Source: Planctomycetales bacterium (lineage in GTDB: Bacteria; Planctomycetota; SBBH01). From it: a DNA stretch of 43,950 nt. Below are positions 27,724-36,268 of this stretch, piece by piece. Under the pieces are notes generated by a model that saw nothing but the letters and a program-made list of their open reading frames with translations, ran no database searches and was not told where the DNA came from. The stretch lies in the NCBI GenBank assembly GCA_005239795.1, contig SBBH01000211.1, positions 1 through 43,950 of the forward strand, given 5' to 3'. Position 1 is the first letter of the stretch, and each line of letters begins with the position of its first letter. The position numbers were made by a program, and so were the translations under genes.

Positions 27724-27990
27724 TCAATATCCTTGTTTCTCAGGATCCCAGCCGTAGACATCGATCATGGTTTGGCGGTCCAGGCGCAGGGCCGCCAGGC
27801 GCAGGAAAAGCTCACGCTCGCCGGCTTCGGGATAACGCTCTCGGAGTCCCGCGGCGGCAAAGAGATTGACCCTGGCGGTAGTCCGGGCCGCCATGAGCAT
27901 CCGCTCGCCCGGAGAGGCCTTGCGCAGGATGGAAAAGTAGGCTTCCTCCATCTCTTGGGACGTGTCGGACGACAACGGTTGGACGCTCAT
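27724..27990 (-). CDS. small (88 aa) helical hypothetical protein, partner of the nucleotidyltransferase
   Basis: ATG start and coding-like composition. Contains no histidine, so it is not a HEPN Rx4-6H protein. Tight coupling to the downstream gene. Confidence 0.55.
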   Translation of the reverse strand: MSVQPLSSDTSQEMEEAYFSILRKASPGERMLMAARTTARVNLFAAAGLRERYPEAGERELFLRLAALRLDRQTMIDVYGWDPEKQGY

Positions 27991-28048
27991 CGCGTCCAGT
28001 CTAGCACAAGATCAACTCTCTTCCGTGTCGACTCCTGCGTTTGTGGGA

Positions 28049-28054
28049 TAGAAT
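28049..28054 (+). promoter_or_regulatory. putative -10 hexamer TAGAAT, 7 nt before ATG 28062 (possible leaderless start)
   Basis: Part of the module GATAGAATG-N4-GAATG, which is also found at 32489-32472 on the minus strand. Confidence 0.3.
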
Positions 28055-28061
28055 GGATCGA

Positions 28062-29582
28062 ATGTCCGTGCGGCGCCACGTGATCCTCATCCGCCCCCCG
28101 ACGCAGATGGGGCGGCTCCACGCGATCGTCTCGGCCCAGCATCCGATCAACATCCTGTATGTCGCGGCGAGCTTGCGGGAGAACGGCTACGAGCCGGTGC
28201 TTTTTGATTACGAGGTCGAGCCGTGGGAGCCCGCGAAACTCCTGGCTGAGATTGACCGGCTGAATCCGCTTTTCGTGGGGGTGAGTTGCATGACCCCTCT
28301 TATCGTTTCCGGGAACGATATCTGCGGGGTTGTGAAAGAGGCATTTGGGCACGTGCCGACCGTTGTCGCGGGGGCGCACCCGACGGCGCTCCCGAGGCAG
28401 ACGCTCGAGGATTTTCCGTCGTTCGACATCGTTCTCTTTGGCGAAGGGGAGTTCACGACGCTTGAGCTCTGCCAGAGGCTCGCCGAGGGGCGGGATCTCG
28501 CCGGCGTGCAGGGGGTGGCCTACCGGGCGGGCCGCGAAATCGTGGTCAACCCTGAGCGGCCGCTCCACAAGGGATTGGATGAGATCCCCTTCCCAGCGCG
28601 CGACATGCTCCGCATGGAGCTCTATCCGGGGGCCTCGAAGTCAGGACTCCCGGCCGGCGTCAACCGCTCGACGCAGGTCTTCACCTCGCGGGGATGCCCC
28701 TTTCTCTGCACCTTCTGCGCCATCCCGATCGCCCACAACCACAAGGTTCGATTCCGCTCGGCTGAGAGCGTCCGGCGGGAGCTTTCCGAATGCCAGGAGC
28801 GCTGGGGCTTCCCCCATGTGACCCTGCACGACGACACGTTCACGATCTCCGAGCGGCGCGTGAAGGAGGTTTCCGAGGCGGTGGGTGCGGCCGGCGTCTC
28901 GTGGGATTGCGACACGCGCGTCGACACCGTGACGCGCGAGATGCTCTTTTCGATGGCCGCCAACGGCTGCGTCCGGATCGCCTTCGGGGTGGAGGCAGGT
29001 TCGGAGCGGATCCTGAAGCTCATCAAGAAGGACGTCACGCTCTCCCAGATCAAGAACGCCTTCGCCTGGGCCAAGGAAGCGGGCCTGCAGACCTCGGGGT
29101 ATTTCATCGTGGGAAGCCACCCGGACGAGACCCCCGAGGAGGTCGAAGCAACGGCCCGGCTTATCCGCGACCTCGCCCCCGACTTCGCGCACATCGCCGT
29201 CGGCGTCCCGTACCCGGGGACGGAGCTGGAGCACGAGATGCTTAAAAGTGGGCTCATCTTCGACCGTTCCTGGGAGCGGTACATGGAACACGACACGATC
29301 CCGGGGTGGCGCACCAAGCACTACAGCGCCGAAGGGCTCGTCGCCGTGCAGAAGCGGCTCATCAAGGACTACTTTTACCGGCCGGCCTATGTCTGGAGCC
29401 GTCTCAAGAAGACGGGGAAGCGCGTCCTGGCGGCGCGCTCGGCGGAGGACCTCGCCGCCTGCGCGAGGGAATACGCCTACTGGGCCAAGTCCGCGTGGGT
29501 CGGCTACGCGTTCGTGAGTCAATCCACCAAGGGGAAGATGAAGCTGAAGCCGCTGACGCTTCAGAGCGCCGATGTCGCCTGA
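28062..29582 (+). CDS. B12-binding-domain radical SAM protein (class B)
   Basis: N-terminal Rossmann-like cobalamin-domain pattern (VILIRPP...INILYVAASLRENGYEPVLFD). Radical SAM cluster motif CPFLCTFC. The start could also be 28041 or 28053. Confidence 0.85.
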   Translation: MSVRRHVILIRPPTQMGRLHAIVSAQHPINILYVAASLRENGYEPVLFDYEVEPWEPAKLLAEIDRLNPLFVGVSCMTPLIVSGNDICGVVKEAFGHVPTVVAGAHPTALPRQTLEDFPSFDIVLFGEGEFTTLELCQRLAEGRDLAGVQGVAYRAGREIVVNPERPLHKGLDEIPFPARDMLRMELYPGASKSGLPAGVNRSTQVFTSRGCPFLCTFCAIPIAHNHKVRFRSAESVRRELSECQERWGFPHVTLHDDTFTISERRVKEVSEAVGAAGVSWDCDTRVDTVTREMLFSMAANGCVRIAFGVEAGSERILKLIKKDVTLSQIKNAFAWAKEAGLQTSGYFIVGSHPDETPEEVEATARLIRDLAPDFAHIAVGVPYPGTELEHEMLKSGLIFDRSWERYMEHDTIPGWRTKHYSAEGLVAVQKRLIKDYFYRPAYVWSRLKKTGKRVLAARSAEDLAACAREYAYWAKSAWVGYAFVSQSTKGKMKLKPLTLQSADVA

Positions 29583-30744
29583 GACCCTGCCGTCCGCCGC
29601 GCCCGCGTCGACGAGCGGGGCACCGCCGGCGCTATCCGTCGGACCCTTTCCTTTTTTGGGCCACCGCTTGTCTTTGTTGGCGGGGGCGGCCCGGAGCATC
29701 TGGGCCGGCGCGCTCTACAAGCTCAATTTCACGGTGACCGGGTATTGCAATTCGAAATGCGTCACCTGCGACATCTGGAAGGAATACCCCTTTTCGAAGG
29801 AGCCGGACCCGCGCGAGCTCTCCTTGGACGAGATCGAGCGTTTTTTTGAGAGGCTTCCGCCCACGCTGAACTGGCTGAGTCTCACCGGCGGGGAGCCGCA
29901 CGCCCGGAGAGATTTTGTCGAGATCGTTGAGGCTGCGATACGCCGGATCCCCAATCTGCATCTGGTGGGGATCCCGTCGAACGGTCTTTTGCAGGAGCGC
30001 GTGATGCGCCTTATGGCGTCGCTTGTCGGAAAACCGCACCCGCTTGTTTTCATGAGCTTCTCGATCGACGGTCCCGAGGAGGTCCACGACCGCGTGCGGG
30101 GGGTTCCGGGGGGGTTCCGGAAGACCTGGGCCACCTACGAGGCGGCGCGCGCGGCGGCAAAAGACGACCCCGATATCGTGGTTTCGATCGAGACCACGGT
30201 TTCGAGCCAGAATGTGGGGGAGATTTCAGGGTTTCTGGCCCAGACGATCGACGCGGGACACCCCGTGACGATCACCATCGGCCACAACGCCTTTCTTTAT
30301 GCCAACGTGGCCGGGAGCGATAGCGACAAAAACGGCAAAAACGGAAAACCCTTGATGTCCCCTGGGGGGAAGCGGAGCGATCTCGAAACGGTCCTCCAGG
30401 TCCTGAGGCGCCGCGTCCCCTCCTGGCGGCCCAAGGGGCAGATCGACGCGCGCTATCTGAACGGGATCCTGCCGTTCCTGGATCACCCGCGCCGCCAGGT
30501 CGTGCCGTGCACGGCGCTGCGCGCGTCGGTGTCGGTCGACGCGGTGGGGGAGGTCCATCCCTGCCTCATGTGGGGCGAGCCGTTAGGAAACCTCCGAGAT
30601 CACGACTACGACGTGGCCCGGATCCTCGCGCGCCCCGAGACGCGCCATGTCCGGGAGGCGATCCGCCAGGAGAAATGCCCCAATTGCTGGACCCCTTGCG
30701 AGGCGTACCAGAGCCTTCTCGGAAGGATCCTCAAACCGCTCTGA
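29572..30744 (+). CDS. radical SAM protein with SPASM/twitch-like C-terminal cysteine motif
   Basis: CNSKCVTC (CxxxCxxC). C-terminal C-x12-G-x4-C (CTALRASVSVDAVGEVHPC) followed by CPNCWTPC. Overlaps the upstream gene by 11 nt. Confidence 0.8.
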   Translation: MSPETLPSAAPASTSGAPPALSVGPFPFLGHRLSLLAGAARSIWAGALYKLNFTVTGYCNSKCVTCDIWKEYPFSKEPDPRELSLDEIERFFERLPPTLNWLSLTGGEPHARRDFVEIVEAAIRRIPNLHLVGIPSNGLLQERVMRLMASLVGKPHPLVFMSFSIDGPEEVHDRVRGVPGGFRKTWATYEAARAAAKDDPDIVVSIETTVSSQNVGEISGFLAQTIDAGHPVTITIGHNAFLYANVAGSDSDKNGKNGKPLMSPGGKRSDLETVLQVLRRRVPSWRPKGQIDARYLNGILPFLDHPRRQVVPCTALRASVSVDAVGEVHPCLMWGEPLGNLRDHDYDVARILARPETRHVREAIRQEKCPNCWTPCEAYQSLLGRILKPL

Positions 30745-31447
30745 AAAGGGCGCGAAAGTACCACTTGAGATAGGCCGGGAGCCAGGCCAGGAGCCTAAAG
30801 TTGGACTGTCCCGCGATCCGGCCCCGCCAGGTCGTCGGAAACTCATCGAAGCGGCACCCCGCCGCGTGGGCCTTGGTCACCAGTTCCAGCGTGTAGGCAA
30901 ATCCCCCGTTCCCCTCGAGGGGGATCGCGTCGATCACCCGGCGCCGGTATCCCTTGAAGGCGTTCGTGGCATCGGTGACAGGGAGGGCGCCCGCCAGATG
31001 CAACGACAGGCCTGCCAGGCGGGAGAGCATCCCCGCCAGGCGCGGCCCTCCGATTCTCCGCCCTCCGCGCCGGTAGCGGGAAGGGCAGACGATATCGGCG
31101 CCGTTTTCAAACGCTTCCAGGATACGCCCATAATCGCGGGGATCATCCGATCCGTCCGCCATGGTGACGATGAGCCTCTCTCCCCGCGCGGCGGCAAAAC
31201 CCGCCCGGATGGCATTCGGGATTCCCGGGCCGATCCGGTTCCTCACAGGGCAGAGCGAGGGGTAGGTGCGGGCGAGCCGTTCGACGACGGCAACGGTCGG
31301 ATCTTCATCGAAGTCATAGACGGCGAGCGTCTCGTGGGGAACCCGCAAGTTTTGTTCGATGGCCGAGAGCGGTCCCGCCGCCGCTTCCCCCTCCCGGAAG
31401 ACGGGAACGATCAGGGAGAGGAGCGTCGGAGAAGCCGCCTCCCGCAC
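30731..31447 (-). CDS. family 2 glycosyltransferase (polyprenol-phosphate sugar transferase-like)
   Basis: LSLIVPVFREGE ... MADGSDDP is a GT-A pattern. Start taken at GTG 31447, 7 nt after the epimerase stop. ATG 31528 would overlap the epimerase by 74 nt. Confidence 0.75.
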   Translation of the reverse strand: MREAASPTLLSLIVPVFREGEAAAGPLSAIEQNLRVPHETLAVYDFDEDPTVAVVERLARTYPSLCPVRNRIGPGIPNAIRAGFAAARGERLIVTMADGSDDPRDYGRILEAFENGADIVCPSRYRRGGRRIGGPRLAGMLSRLAGLSLHLAGALPVTDATNAFKGYRRRVIDAIPLEGNGGFAYTLELVTKAHAAGCRFDEFPTTWRGRIAGQSNFRLLAWLPAYLKWYFRALFRAV

Positions 31448-31454
31448 GAGCGTA

Positions 31455-32474
31455 TTAGCCCCGCACTCCGGCGGGCCGGGGGCGCTGGGAGTGCCGGGAA
31501 GGAGCGGCCATCCGTCCGGTTTTTTCATTCTTCAGCCAATCGACCACTTCGCCGAGGCCGTTCTCCAAGGAGACCTTCGGCTTCCATCCCAGGATCTTCG
31601 AGATCTTCTCAATGGAAGGGGTCTGGCGCTGGACGTCATTGGCAAATCCGGCGAGGGATTTGAGGCGGGGAGGGCCCTTGCGTCCCACTGAGGACCAGAG
31701 GCGGCCGGCGAGCTCCCGGATGGTGATCTCTTCGGAGCCGGCAACGTTGAAATCCTGGTCCTCGGCCGCCGGATGTTCGGCCGCGAGAAGCAGCGCCTGC
31801 GCGATGTCGCGCACATGCGTGAAGCAACGGCTCTGCGAGCCGTCCCCGTGGACCTCCAAGGGATCCTGTCCGCTCAAGAGCTTCCAGGCGAGATCCGGAA
31901 TGACGTGGGATTCCCCCGCCTTGGCGCCGGACCTCTCGCCGGGCCCGTAGGCGTTAAAGGGGCGCAGGATCGTGTAGTGGAGGCCGCGCTCTTCGCGGAA
32001 AGCGCGGCAGTACCATTCGCCGCAGAATTTCTGGAAGCCGTAGGCGGTGCTGGGGATCGGCGTCCGGGGAAGGTCCTCTTCTCGGAGGGGGAAGCGCTCG
32101 GCGCGCTCGTACACCATGGAAGAAGAGACGTAGACGAAGCGGCGCACGCCGCAGGCCGCTGCCGCCTCGAAGACGGTCGACAACAGCCTGTTGTTTCCCG
32201 ACAGGACCGTTGCCGGGAGCCGGCGAAGATAGCCGATCCCTCCGACTTTTCCCGCCAGGTGGATGACGACGTCAGCCCCGGAAACCGCCGCGCGCGCCGC
32301 GCTGTCCTCGGAGAGATCCGCCTTGAGGAATTCGGCTTCCGGGGGAGGCAGGGTTGTCGGGCGGGACAGGTCGTCGGCGATCCGGACAGGGCGCCCGGCG
32401 GCGATGAGCTGGCGGACGAGCTCCGTGCCGATGAATCCGCAGCCGCCGGTGACCGCGTAGATCTCCTTGCCCAT
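31455..32474 (-). CDS. NAD-dependent sugar epimerase/dehydratase
   Basis: VTGGCGFIGTELV (GxxGxxG) and catalytic YGFQK (YxxxK). Start is ATG 32474 or 32483. Confidence 0.9.
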   Translation of the reverse strand: MGKEIYAVTGGCGFIGTELVRQLIAAGRPVRIADDLSRPTTLPPPEAEFLKADLSEDSAARAAVSGADVVIHLAGKVGGIGYLRRLPATVLSGNNRLLSTVFEAAAACGVRRFVYVSSSMVYERAERFPLREEDLPRTPIPSTAYGFQKFCGEWYCRAFREERGLHYTILRPFNAYGPGERSGAKAGESHVIPDLAWKLLSGQDPLEVHGDGSQSRCFTHVRDIAQALLLAAEHPAAEDQDFNVAGSEEITIRELAGRLWSSVGRKGPPRLKSLAGFANDVQRQTPSIEKISKILGWKPKVSLENGLGEVVDWLKNEKTGRMAAPSRHSQRPRPAGVRG

Positions 32475-32481
32475 TCCCCGC

Positions 32482-32487
32482 ATTCTA
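32482..32487 (-). promoter_or_regulatory. putative -10 hexamer TAGAAT, 7 nt before ATG 32474 (possible leaderless start)
   Basis: Same GATAGAATG-N4-GAATG module as at 28047-28064. Confidence 0.3.
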
Positions 32488-32510
32488 TCGAAAGGGGGAG
32501 GCGTTTGAAG

Positions 32511-33623
32511 CTACAGCACGTCCTCGAGGGGGACGTAGGGGAGGCCGAAAGTCTGGGCGACGGCCAGGTTCGTGACTTTTCCCGCGGCGATGTTGAGGCC
32601 GCGCGAAAGGGCGGGGTTGGACTTTGCCGCCTCCTTCCACCCCTTGGTTGCCAGCTCCAGCACGAAGGGGAGCGTGGCGTTCGTGAGGGCGTAGGTGGAG
32701 GTGCGGCCGACGGCTCCCGGCATGTTCGCGACGCAGTAGTGGACGACCCCGTCAACGATATAGGTGGGGGCAGCGTGCGTGGTGGGGCGCGTGGTCTCGA
32801 TGCACCCCCCCTGGTCGACGGCGACATCCACGATGACGGCTCCGGGCTTCATCGTTTTGATCATCTCGCGGGTCACCAGGCGCGGCGCGCGGGCCCCTTC
32901 GATGAGGACCGCGCCGACCACCAGATCTGCGTGCTTCACCTCCTCTCGGATTGTCTGAAGGTTCGAGACGAGCGTCGTGACGTTTTTGGGCATGATGTCG
33001 TCGAGATAGCGCAGGCGGTCGAGGTTGACATCCAAGATCGCCACGTGCGCCCCCAGGCCTGCCGCCACCTTGGCGGCGTTGGCTCCTACGATCCCGCCGC
33101 CGATGATCGCCACATGCGCCGGCGCGACCCCTGGGACGCCCCCCAGGAGGATCCCCTGCCCCTCCATGGGCTTTTCCAGGTACTTGGCTCCTTCCTGGAT
33201 CGCCATGCGGCCGGCGATTTCGCTCATGGGCGTCAGGAGCGGCAGCGCCCCATCGGCGGTCCGGACGGTCTCATAGGCGACGGCGACGATGCGGCTGGCG
33301 ATGATGGCTTTCGTGAGCTCCTCCGAGGCGGCGAAATGAAAGTAGGTGAAGACAATCTGCCCGGCCCTGAGGTATGGATGTTCGGATTTAACGGGCTCCT
33401 TGACCTTGACGATCATGTCGGCCCATGACCAGATGGCCGGGGCGCTCTTTTCGATCCGGGCCCCGGCCTTGGCGTAGGCGTCGTCGGAGAATCCGCTCCC
33501 CTGGCCGGCGCCGGCCTCCACCGCGACCTCATGGCCGCGGCGCGCGAGTTCCTCGACGCCCACCGGGATGACGGCGACGCGGTATTCGGAGTCCTTGATT
33601 TCCTTGGGGATCCCGACGCGCAT
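32511..33623 (-). CDS. ald: alanine dehydrogenase
   Basis: [24 protein letters not shown]-terminus and NAD fold [14 protein letters not shown]. Full-length match to the family pattern. Confidence 0.95.
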   Translation of the reverse strand: MRVGIPKEIKDSEYRVAVIPVGVEELARRGHEVAVEAGAGQGSGFSDDAYAKAGARIEKSAPAIWSWADMIVKVKEPVKSEHPYLRAGQIVFTYFHFAASEELTKAIIASRIVAVAYETVRTADGALPLLTPMSEIAGRMAIQEGAKYLEKPMEGQGILLGGVPGVAPAHVAIIGGGIVGANAAKVAAGLGAHVAILDVNLDRLRYLDDIMPKNVTTLVSNLQTIREEVKHADLVVGAVLIEGARAPRLVTREMIKTMKPGAVIVDVAVDQGGCIETTRPTTHAAPTYIVDGVVHYCVANMPGAVGRTSTYALTNATLPFVLELATKGWKEAAKSNPALSRGLNIAAGKVTNLAVAQTFGLPYVPLEDVL

Positions 33624-33656
33624 GAGGGGGGAGCCTACCTGGCGGTCTGGGGGGGA

Positions 33657-35027
33657 TCAAGCCGCAGATGGACGGGGCGGCGCGGGGCTCACGGCCGCCC
33701 CGGCGCTCCGGGCGCGTCCGCGCAGGGCTGACGAGAGGCGGGTCATTTCGCGGCGGGAAGCGGTGTCGATCCGCTCGTCGCTGTAGCGGGCCTGTTCAAA
33801 AAGGCGTGTCATTGTCTCGATCGATTCCCGGTCGCCCGCCAGACGGACGGCCAGATAGCGCGCGTATTCCCAGGGGGTCAGATGCGGTTGCTTCTTGTAG
33901 CCATGGCGGTCGAATTCCTTGCGCAGTTCGTTGTAGAGGAAGACGACCGCCGCGCGCGGATCGGCGGGCTCCTCGGGGGGCTCGTCCGGTTCGCGCCGAA
34001 GCCGTTGCGCGGCGGCGATGACTTCCTTGAGTTTCGCTTCGGCAATGCCGGCCCACCGCTTGCGTTTGAAAAACCGCCAGAGGAACCACCCCAGCAGAAG
34101 CGCCGCCGCGGCGCCGGCGATGACAAAAAGACCTCGTCGACTGAAAAGGGCCGCGGCGGACTGCACGAGCGCCGAGATATTTTCAAGAGACGGGGGGTGG
34201 ACGACCACCGCGCCGGGCGGAAGCTCACCAGGCGATTCGGGCGGGGAAGAGGTTCCCGGAAGGGATGCGTCCGGACGGTCCTTCCCGCCGGACCATTCGA
34301 CAATGAAGCGGGGGGGGCCGCCTGCGGGGCGGCTCCTCGAAGGATCCCAGAGAGGTTTTTGGTCCGGAGTCAGCGCGAAAGCCGCAAGAAGCGCCGTCGA
34401 AAAAACCGCCGCAGGGACCCCGAAAGAAGGGAGCCATTCGCTCCAGACGACCTTTCCCTTGAGAACCCCCTGCCGGAAGCGGTTCCACAGATGGTTGGCG
34501 GCGAGGATCCCGAGGGCCATGAAGGCCACCGCCGCGAAGGTCAGGCGAGGCCCCCATCCTGGGAAGCAGAGGAGCCACGCCGCGCAGCTAATGCCCGTCC
34601 CCGCGAGGATCTTGTAGTCGGACTCCGTCGTCAGGAACGCCGCGCGCACGAGCGCCGCGAACGCCAAAGGGAGGGCGAGGGCGAGCCATGCGCTCCATCC
34701 CGAAAGGGGGATCATGAGCACTGTGATGAAGAAAAGAGCGGTTCCCCCGAGCGCTGACAGCAGGAGCGCCGGACGCGATCGTGCGATCCATTCCGAGGAG
34801 GCGCTGTCCATGTCGGCGAGGTTGCGTAGATAAGCCGACAGGGCGGCCGCTCCAGCCACGAGGGCCGCCGCGGCCAACGTCCAAACCGGCGCCACGAGAA
34901 ATCCAATGGCCGCCGACACCGTTCCAAGAACCGCCGTGGCAGAGAGCCCCGTCGCAAAGATCTCTCGCAAGTCGCGGTAGGTAAAGGGGCGGAATCTTTT
35001 GCGCGCGTGTTTGGACATAGCAGTCAT
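33657..35027 (-). CDS. multi-pass membrane protein with C-terminal DUF4129-like domain
   Basis: N-terminal hydrophobic helices. The C-terminal LTPWEYARYL...LFEQARYSD pattern is typical of DUF4129. ATGA overlap with the DUF58 gene. Confidence 0.7.
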   Translation of the reverse strand: MTAMSKHARKRFRPFTYRDLREIFATGLSATAVLGTVSAAIGFLVAPVWTLAAAALVAGAAALSAYLRNLADMDSASSEWIARSRPALLLSALGGTALFFITVLMIPLSGWSAWLALALPLAFAALVRAAFLTTESDYKILAGTGISCAAWLLCFPGWGPRLTFAAVAFMALGILAANHLWNRFRQGVLKGKVVWSEWLPSFGVPAAVFSTALLAAFALTPDQKPLWDPSRSRPAGGPPRFIVEWSGGKDRPDASLPGTSSPPESPGELPPGAVVVHPPSLENISALVQSAAALFSRRGLFVIAGAAAALLLGWFLWRFFKRKRWAGIAEAKLKEVIAAAQRLRREPDEPPEEPADPRAAVVFLYNELRKEFDRHGYKKQPHLTPWEYARYLAVRLAGDRESIETMTRLFEQARYSDERIDTASRREMTRLSSALRGRARSAGAAVSPAPPRPSAA

Positions 35028-36268
35028 GGGATGAATGGTTTTAGAAATACCTGTGAGAGATCATCCCCTCGGCGGGCCAGATACGCCGTCACCCCTTGGG
35101 TCATTAGGAGCTTCAGGATGTCCGGGATGAACGTGGCGTCGACCTTCTTGCGCTCGGTTCCTTCCCAGAGGTCCAGGAACGTGTTGTCGTCGATCAGGAC
35201 CGCGATGATTCGGACCCCCTTGGCGCGCAGGATCGTGAGGGCATTGATGTACTTCACGAGGTCCAGATTCACGCTGTTGAAGATGATCACCAGCGTCGAA
35301 CCGCCGTTGGCGAGGGGAACCGTTTGCAGAAGGGCGTCCTCGATCGGCGTCTCCCCCGAGGCGGAAAGCTTGGCCAGGGCGTCCAGGATCGTCATCAGGT
35401 GGAAGGAGCCTCCTCCCAGCGGGATGTGGACGAGCTCCTTCCCATGGGCCACGAGCTGGACCTGGCTCGCCCTGGCGATCGCATGGCGGGCTACGGACCC
35501 GGCGATCCGTGCGGCATAGTCGAGCGTCGTCTCCCGGCCGGATCCCTTGAGGGTAAAATAGTGCAGGTCGAGGAGGAGCGTGACTTCGGAAGCGAGGTCG
35601 CTCTCGAATTCCTTGACGATCCATTTCCCGGAGCGCGCGGTGGAGGGCCAATGGATGAACCGGGTGTTGTCCCCCTGGCGGTACTCGCGCGTCCCGAAGA
35701 AATTGAGGGAGTTCCCCGCCTTGAGCGCCGTGCGCTGGCCCAGGGTGTCCCAGCGGTTCCGCCCTTCAAGAGGCATCGCGTCGATGGGAAAGAGCCGGGG
35801 GGTGACGGTCATGACGGCGCTTGAGGGGATCGTCCGCCGGAAGGTGAAAAGTCCCAGGGGGTCCGAGTTTTTGAGGGTCAGGGGGCCCACCGTGAAGGCG
35901 CCGCGCCGCTTGGTGCAGGCGGCGGGGTAGGCCACGGTCGTCCGCGCGCCGGGCCAGAGGATCCCCTCCAAACGCGCGGATTTCGAGCCGTCCCGGTCGG
36001 GCGTGAACTGGTCTTCGACAGTGAGGGCGAAGGCGGGGAGGTTCCCGCTGTTTTTGATCTCGATCTCCACGAGAAGCGTCTGATCCTCGCTGGCCCAGGG
36101 TTTCACGGAGCGGCGCGCCGAGATTCCGGAAAGACTCCGAGAGGCGAACGCCCTCAGGACCAGGAGAAAAAGGGGGAGGGCTCCACCAAGGGCTGTCAGG
36201 GAGGGGAGGCCTGCCACGAGGCCCGACAAAAGCGCCAGAACCGAAAGCGTGAGGAAGAAGGCTTTCAC
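35024..36268 (-). CDS. DUF58 domain protein (vWA-like, MoxR-associated)
   Basis: REYRQGDNTRFIHWPSTARSGKWIVKEFE signature. Two N-terminal TM helices. Confidence 0.85.
   Translation of the reverse strand: MKAFFLTLSVLALLSGLVAGLPSLTALGGALPLFLLVLRAFASRSLSGISARRSVKPWASEDQTLLVEIEIKNSGNLPAFALTVEDQFTPDRDGSKSARLEGILWPGARTTVAYPAACTKRRGAFTVGPLTLKNSDPLGLFTFRRTIPSSAVMTVTPRLFPIDAMPLEGRNRWDTLGQRTALKAGNSLNFFGTREYRQGDNTRFIHWPSTARSGKWIVKEFESDLASEVTLLLDLHYFTLKGSGRETTLDYAARIAGSVARHAIARASQVQLVAHGKELVHIPLGGGSFHLMTILDALAKLSASGETPIEDALLQTVPLANGGSTLVIIFNSVNLDLVKYINALTILRAKGVRIIAVLIDDNTFLDLWEGTERKKVDATFIPDILKLLMTQGVTAYLARRGDDLSQVFLKPFIP

Noticed and set aside
30325-30349. GACAAAAACGGCAAAAACGGAAAAC repeat inside the SPASM-like radical SAM gene (encodes DKNGKNGK), superficially like the CAAAC element
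   Set aside because: It is in frame, short, and shares no extended identity with the leader element. It is most simply a small low-complexity loop insertion.
28062-30744. Hopanoid side-chain genes (HpnJ-like B12 rSAM, HpnH-like rSAM, HpnI-like GT), or a RiPP cluster
   Set aside because: The second enzyme's N-terminal cluster context (YCNSKCVTCDIW) and SPASM-like tail do not look like HpnH. The only cyclase-like protein in the window has a signal peptide and is 15 kb away. No precursor-peptide ORF is present.
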